A stretch of 64,000 bases of DNA from an uncultured Dictyoglomota bacterium (lineage in GTDB: Bacteria > Dictyoglomota > Dictyoglomia > Dictyoglomales > Dictyoglomaceae). Under the pieces are notes generated by a model. That model saw only the letters and a program-made list of their open reading frames with translations. It ran no database searches and had not been told where the DNA came from. The stretch lies in assembly GCA_964654465.1 (NCBI GenBank), contig CAZZIO010000065.1, positions 96,001 to 160,000 of the forward strand. The letters are read 5' to 3'. The position numbers and the translations under genes were made by a program. This document shows, piece after piece, positions 59,130 to 64,000 of this stretch. Position 1 is the first letter of the stretch, and each line of letters opens with the position of its first letter.

Positions 59130-62100
59130 AATCACTGGAATAAATGTTCTAAAACCAAGAGCATACTTTATACCTTTTACAGAATTAGAAAAAGCAAAAA
59201 CTTATGAAAAAGGTTTAAGTATAGGATATAAACTCTTAAATGGAGTTTGGAAATTCATGTTTATTGAATCTCCAGAATATTCACCTAATAATTTCTGGAC
59301 AGAAGAATTTGATGACACTAATTGGGATGAAATAATCGTACCATCACCCTGGGAAACTCAAGGTTACGATAAACCATACTATACAGATTTTCTTTACCTT
59401 TTCCCTATAAATCCACCTTATGTACCCACAAAAAATCCTTGTGGTATATATAGACGAAGATTTAATATCGACAAAAGTTGGTTGGAGAAAAGAATAATTT
59501 TAAGATTTCATGGTGTTTCTTCAGCTTTTAGTGTTTGGTTAAATGGAAAAGAAGTAGGATATAGTAAAGGGTCAAGATTAACTTCCGAATTTGATATAAG
59601 TCATGTTGTAAGAGAAAACGATAATTTAATTGTAGTTAGAGTATATAAATGGTCAGATTCAAGTTATTTAGAGGATCAGGATATGTGGAAACTTGGGGGA
59701 ATCACAAGAGATGTAGAATTAATAGTTGAACCTGAGGATGGAATTTATGATTATTTTGTAATTCCGTATCTTGATGAAGATTATTCAAAAGGATCTTTAA
59801 ATTTGAAAATTGAATTTAATAAAATTTTAGAAGACTATAAATTAAAGACAATATTAATGGATGAGGAGGAAATAATAATATCAGAAAATATATATGAGTT
59901 CTCAAAAAACAACTCTTTAGAATTAACCATAGGCAACCTTAAGATTAAAAAATGGTCAGATGAAGAACCATATCTTTATGATTTATTTATAGTCTTAGAA
60001 AAAGATGAAAAAGTTATAGAAGTAATTCCCCAAAAAGTAGGATTCAGAAAAATAGAAATAAAAGGAAATACCTTCACTTTGAACGGCAAAAAAATTAAAT
60101 TAAAAGGAATAAATAGACATGAATTTCATCCTAAATTAGGATACTATACTCCTAAAGAAGTAGTAGAAAAAGACATAAAAATCCTTAAGCAACACAATTT
60201 TAATGCTATAAGAACGTCTCATTATCCAAATTCTCCATATTTTTATGATCTATGTGATAAATATGGAATTTATGTTATTGCTGAATGTGATTTAGAAACC
60301 CATGGATTTGAAATAATAAACAAATACAATTTCATCAGCAATAATCCAGAATGGAGATTATCCTTCGAAAATAGAATTGAAAGAACAGTACAAAGAGATA
60401 AGAACCACCCATCCATAATAATGTGGTCCTTAGGTAATGAATCTTCTTTTGGAGACAATTTTATTTATGCAGCCCAAAAGATAAAAAGTATTGATAAATC
60501 TCGCTTAATCCATTATGAGGGAGATAAAGATGCCAAAATTGTAGATATATATTCTACAATGTATACATGGATAGAACCAGAAAACTCCAATAGATCTCTT
60601 AAAGAAATAATTGAAAACACTAAGAAACCCTATATTCTTTGTGAATATGCACATGCTATGGGTACTGGTCCTGGAGGCCTAAAAGAATATGAAGAATTCA
60701 TGGAAAATTATGATAATTTTCAGGGTGCATTTATTTGGGAATACTGCGATCATGGCCTATTAATAAAGAACAACGAAAATTTTATCTTTGGTGGGGATTT
60801 TCCAGAGGATTCAAATTTCTGTATTGATGGTCTCCTATTTCCTGATAGGAGTATTAAGCCAGGACTCTTAGAAGCTAAAAATGTATTTTCTCCAATCAAA
60901 ATTAAACCTAAAGATTTAAACAAAGGGGAATTTATAGTAAAAAACTTATACTATTTTTCAGACCTATCAAACATTACCCTATCTGTAGAAATTTTTAGTT
61001 TAAACAAGATCCTATTTAATAAAACCATAAATAGTCTTAATATTGATCCTCAAGAAGAAAAAACCATAGTGATAGATGATATTCCACAAATACTTAAAAA
61101 TTACAATGAAGAGATCTTTATAAACTTCGTCTTTCAACTTAAAGAAAATACAATTTGGGCACATAAAGGTCATGTTATCTCCTATTATCAATTTAAACTA
61201 AAAGAAAATAACAACACAAAACGTAAAATTATGACACCTAAAGATTATTCTATGGAAGAAAATGAACAATATATTACTATAAAAGGAGAAGATTTCAACA
61301 TAAAATTCGATAAAGTAAATGCTAAATTAACTGATGGTTACAAAAATAGTTTCAAGTTACTATACAAGGGACCCTTTTTTAATTTATGGAGAGCTCCAAT
61401 AGATAATGATAGAAATATAGTAAAAGATTATATCGAGAAATACAGACTACCATTTTTACAAGAGAGAATCGATAAAGTAAACATTACACCCCACAAAAGT
61501 TTTGTTGAAGTTTACGTAACTGCTACATATGGAACTTTAAATTCATCATGGTTATACATTTTAGAATATAAATATCTTATAATTCCGGATGGGAATATAT
61601 ATATAAAAATAAAAGGAAATACAGAGGGGGACAAGCATTTAGCACCTACAATGCTTCCTAAAATAGGCTTTAAATGGTACTTAGACAAAAATCTTGAAAA
61701 GGTATTATGGTATGGTAGAGGCCCTGAAATAAATTATCCAGATATGAAAGAAAGCTCTATAATAGGCATATATGAAAAAAATATAAATGACCTAATAATA
61801 AAATATATTAAACCTCAAGACGCCGGGAATAGAGAAGAATGCAGATTTGTAAGCCTAACAAATGAATTAGGATTTGGATTATTTGCTGGTTCAAAAACAC
61901 CTTTTAGCTTTAGTGCATACTATTATGAAGATGAAGATTTACAAAAAACTAAATATTTTCATGAACTCCAAAAACGTAATTACATTGTTTTCAATACCGA
62001 TTATAAACAAAATGCTTTAGGCAGCAATTCTTGTGGTCAAAATCAACTCAAAAAGTATAGATGTATATTTGAAAATTTTGAATTTAGTATATTGATATCC

Positions 62101-62172
62101 TTATTTAACAAGTACGAAATATCTGAAAAATCTAAATATCTTAATGATGTATTAATAGAGAATGAATGTTAA
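59107..62172 (+). CDS. ebgA: GH2 beta-galactosidase, EbgA/LacZ-like
   Basis: EDQDMW, NAIRTSHYP, RDKNHPSIIMWSLGNES, CEYAHAMG, LGSNSCG. Confidence 0.85.
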   Translation: MKLWENYKITGINVLKPRAYFIPFTELEKAKTYEKGLSIGYKLLNGVWKFMFIESPEYSPNNFWTEEFDDTNWDEIIVPSPWETQGYDKPYYTDFLYLFPINPPYVPTKNPCGIYRRRFNIDKSWLEKRIILRFHGVSSAFSVWLNGKEVGYSKGSRLTSEFDISHVVRENDNLIVVRVYKWSDSSYLEDQDMWKLGGITRDVELIVEPEDGIYDYFVIPYLDEDYSKGSLNLKIEFNKILEDYKLKTILMDEEEIIISENIYEFSKNNSLELTIGNLKIKKWSDEEPYLYDLFIVLEKDEKVIEVIPQKVGFRKIEIKGNTFTLNGKKIKLKGINRHEFHPKLGYYTPKEVVEKDIKILKQHNFNAIRTSHYPNSPYFYDLCDKYGIYVIAECDLETHGFEIINKYNFISNNPEWRLSFENRIERTVQRDKNHPSIIMWSLGNESSFGDNFIYAAQKIKSIDKSRLIHYEGDKDAKIVDIYSTMYTWIEPENSNRSLKEIIENTKKPYILCEYAHAMGTGPGGLKEYEEFMENYDNFQGAFIWEYCDHGLLIKNNENFIFGGDFPEDSNFCIDGLLFPDRSIKPGLLEAKNVFSPIKIKPKDLNKGEFIVKNLYYFSDLSNITLSVEIFSLNKILFNKTINSLNIDPQEEKTIVIDDIPQILKNYNEEIFINFVFQLKENTIWAHKGHVISYYQFKLKENNNTKRKIMTPKDYSMEENEQYITIKGEDFNIKFDKVNAKLTDGYKNSFKLLYKGPFFNLWRAPIDNDRNIVKDYIEKYRLPFLQERIDKVNITPHKSFVEVYVTATYGTLNSSWLYILEYKYLIIPDGNIYIKIKGNTEGDKHLAPTMLPKIGFKWYLDKNLEKVLWYGRGPEINYPDMKESSIIGIYEKNINDLIIKYIKPQDAGNREECRFVSLTNELGFGLFAGSKTPFSFSAYYYEDEDLQKTKYFHELQKRNYIVFNTDYKQNALGSNSCGQNQLKKYRCIFENFEFSILISLFNKYEISEKSKYLNDVLIENEC

Positions 62173-63019
62173 GGTATTAGCAATTATATTATTATTTCTA
62201 TCTTCAATAATATGGGGAGGGGGATTTGTCGCAGTAAAAAATTGTACTCTTTATTTATCTTCTTCTTATATTATCTTTCTTAGATTCTCTATTGCATCTT
62301 TACTGCTATTTTTCATTTATTACAAAAGATTAATAAACACAGATCTTTTCTCAATTATTAAAGGCTTTATATTAGGAACCTTTTTATTTTTAGCTTTTTG
62401 GCTACAAACAGAAGGAATAAAATTCACAACTCCTGGCAGAAATGCTTTCTTCACAAGTACAAATGTCATAATAGTCCCTTTTTTATATTGGCCCCTAAGT
62501 AATAAAAAACCATCCCTAATTCATATTATAAGTGCCTTTATTTCCCTATTAGGAGTTCTTCTGCTCTTTTATAACGGTGAAAGATGGAATATAAATACAG
62601 GTGATATTCTCAGTCTATTTTGTGCCTTATTTTTTGCTCTACACATTATATACACTAAAAAATTTGTGAGTACCATAGATCCAATTTCTTTAACTTTTTA
62701 CCAATTCTTATCTATATCATTATTATCTTTATTCACAATCATATTATACAAAGAATCATTAAGCATAATAATAGACAAAACTTTTATAATATCTTTAACT
62801 TACATTTCACTATTAAGTACTTTTATAGCTTATATTTTTCAAACCCTATCTCAAAAATACTTACACCCTAGTGTTGTTTCAATAATACTTAGTACAGAAT
62901 CAGTATTTGGTTATTTCTTCTCCCATATTATTTTAGGAGAAGAAATTACTGTAAATACCATATTAGGTGGATTGTTGATTTTTATAAGTGTAATGATTGC
63001 CTCCTCAAAAGAGCCTTAG
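62162..63019 (+). CDS. DMT/EamA-family transporter
   Basis: IWGGGF, QTEG..FTT, GDILSLFCALFFALHI, LSTESVF. Confidence 0.88.
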   Translation: MNVKVLAIILLFLSSIIWGGGFVAVKNCTLYLSSSYIIFLRFSIASLLLFFIYYKRLINTDLFSIIKGFILGTFLFLAFWLQTEGIKFTTPGRNAFFTSTNVIIVPFLYWPLSNKKPSLIHIISAFISLLGVLLLFYNGERWNINTGDILSLFCALFFALHIIYTKKFVSTIDPISLTFYQFLSISLLSLFTIILYKESLSIIIDKTFIISLTYISLLSTFIAYIFQTLSQKYLHPSVVSIILSTESVFGYFFSHIILGEEITVNTILGGLLIFISVMIASSKEP

Positions 63020-63021
63020 AG

Positions 63022-63993
63022 CTAATAGAATATCTTAACAAGTTTCTTTTTTAAAGCAGAATCATACCAAGCAGAAATCACCTTCATATCCTTTAACCCT
63101 TCAAATCCCGATGTTTTGGGATCCCTTTTATTCAAAATAGCATCCTCCATATCCTTTATTTCTGCCACATATTGATTCTCTCCATAAAAAGTATAAAGGG
63201 TAAAGTTGTTTTCTTTTCTTAAAATAACTTTACCATCGTATTCCTGATAAAGAGTATCTAACACATATAAAATTCCATCTCTACCCCTTATCTCAAAAGA
63301 TACAGAAAGAGAAGTATCATAACTTGCATCCATGAGTACTAAAACCCCATCATCAAACTTTGCTACTGCTCCAGCATTTTGCTCTACTTCATACCCATAA
63401 TTATCATTAATCGCACATATCTCAACGATTTTATTATTAGGTCTAAAAAAATGTAAAGTGTTAATTACATGAACCCCAATATCCATAACAGCTCCTCCAC
63501 CTGCAAGTTTAAGATCATATCTCCACTTATCTCTATTTAAGTTAACAAAGGAAAAACTTGCTTTTACTATTCCAAGTTTTCCCACAATATTATCTTCTAA
63601 AAGTTTTTTTGCACCTATATTATAAGGATTAAATCTACCCATGTTAGCTATTCCAAGAACTACTTTATTTTTTTCACAAGCTCTTATCATTTCCTCTGCT
63701 TCTTCCACATTCATAGCCATAGGTTTCTCACAAAGAACATGAATACCCTTCTCCGCACATTTTATCGTTTGTTCTTTATGAAATTTGTTAGGAGTAGCTA
63801 TATATACCACATCCACATCTTCTAAATCCTCAATTCTTTCGTAAATTTTAGCCCCGTATTTTTCAGCTAAATCTCTTGCCTTTTCAGAATTTGTTGTAAC
63901 TATCGCAGTAAGCTTAGCACCCATTACCTCTTCAAGAGCCGGGAGAAATCTATCCCTTACAATCTGTCCAGTACCAATTACTGCCCATCTCAT
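63022..63993 (-). CDS. Gfo/Idh/MocA-family oxidoreductase
   Basis: VIGTGQI, VYIATPN..H, HVLCEKPMA, GGGAVMDIGVH. Confidence 0.92.
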   Translation of the reverse strand: MRWAVIGTGQIVRDRFLPALEEVMGAKLTAIVTTNSEKARDLAEKYGAKIYERIEDLEDVDVVYIATPNKFHKEQTIKCAEKGIHVLCEKPMAMNVEEAEEMIRACEKNKVVLGIANMGRFNPYNIGAKKLLEDNIVGKLGIVKASFSFVNLNRDKWRYDLKLAGGGAVMDIGVHVINTLHFFRPNNKIVEICAINDNYGYEVEQNAGAVAKFDDGVLVLMDASYDTSLSVSFEIRGRDGILYVLDTLYQEYDGKVILRKENNFTLYTFYGENQYVAEIKDMEDAILNKRDPKTSGFEGLKDMKVISAWYDSALKKKLVKIFY

Positions 63994-64000
63994 AATCTTT

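Noticed and set aside
1-64000. CRISPR array, tRNA/rRNA, IS elements
   Set aside because: No spaced repeats, structural-RNA-like blocks or transposase ORFs seen; intergenic regions are short. A covariance-model scan was not run.

Overview
AT-rich bacterial chromosome segment. Gene content and protein sequences suggest a Dictyoglomus-like thermophilic diderm; this is inferred from family knowledge, not from a search. The window is dense in carbohydrate catabolism. (1) A putative starch unit: outer-membrane beta-barrel gene broken by a 19-bp tandem duplication, a stand-alone DOMON-like protein and a GH57 amylopullulanase, behind twin palindromic operators. (2) An Opp-type ABC importer (oppC frameshifted by 1 nt) followed by a lipoprotein clan GH-A enzyme and three GH5 genes, with a divergent LacI. 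(3) A GT-B-like/GH130 fusion, cellobiose 2-epimerase, GH31 and two GH94 phosphorylases. (4) iolB-like + eda, GH4 alpha-galactosidase and a stand-alone CBM9. (5) An EbgR-like LacI / sugar ABC / GH63-like / GH2 cassette. Also present: M42 peptidases, an XRE-ImmA/IrrE pair without a visible mobile element, two heterodimeric ABC exporters, a PspC/Lia-like operon with an ECF-type promoter, BioY, CapA, LysE and a GIY-YIG protein. I saw no rRNA, tRNA, CRISPR array, transposase or integrase. Most notable: the porin-DOMON-GH57 module and its repairable frameshift, the GT/GH130 fusion, start-less perfect Shine-Dalgarno elements in two long 5' leaders, and hairpins after the first gene of each sugar operon.
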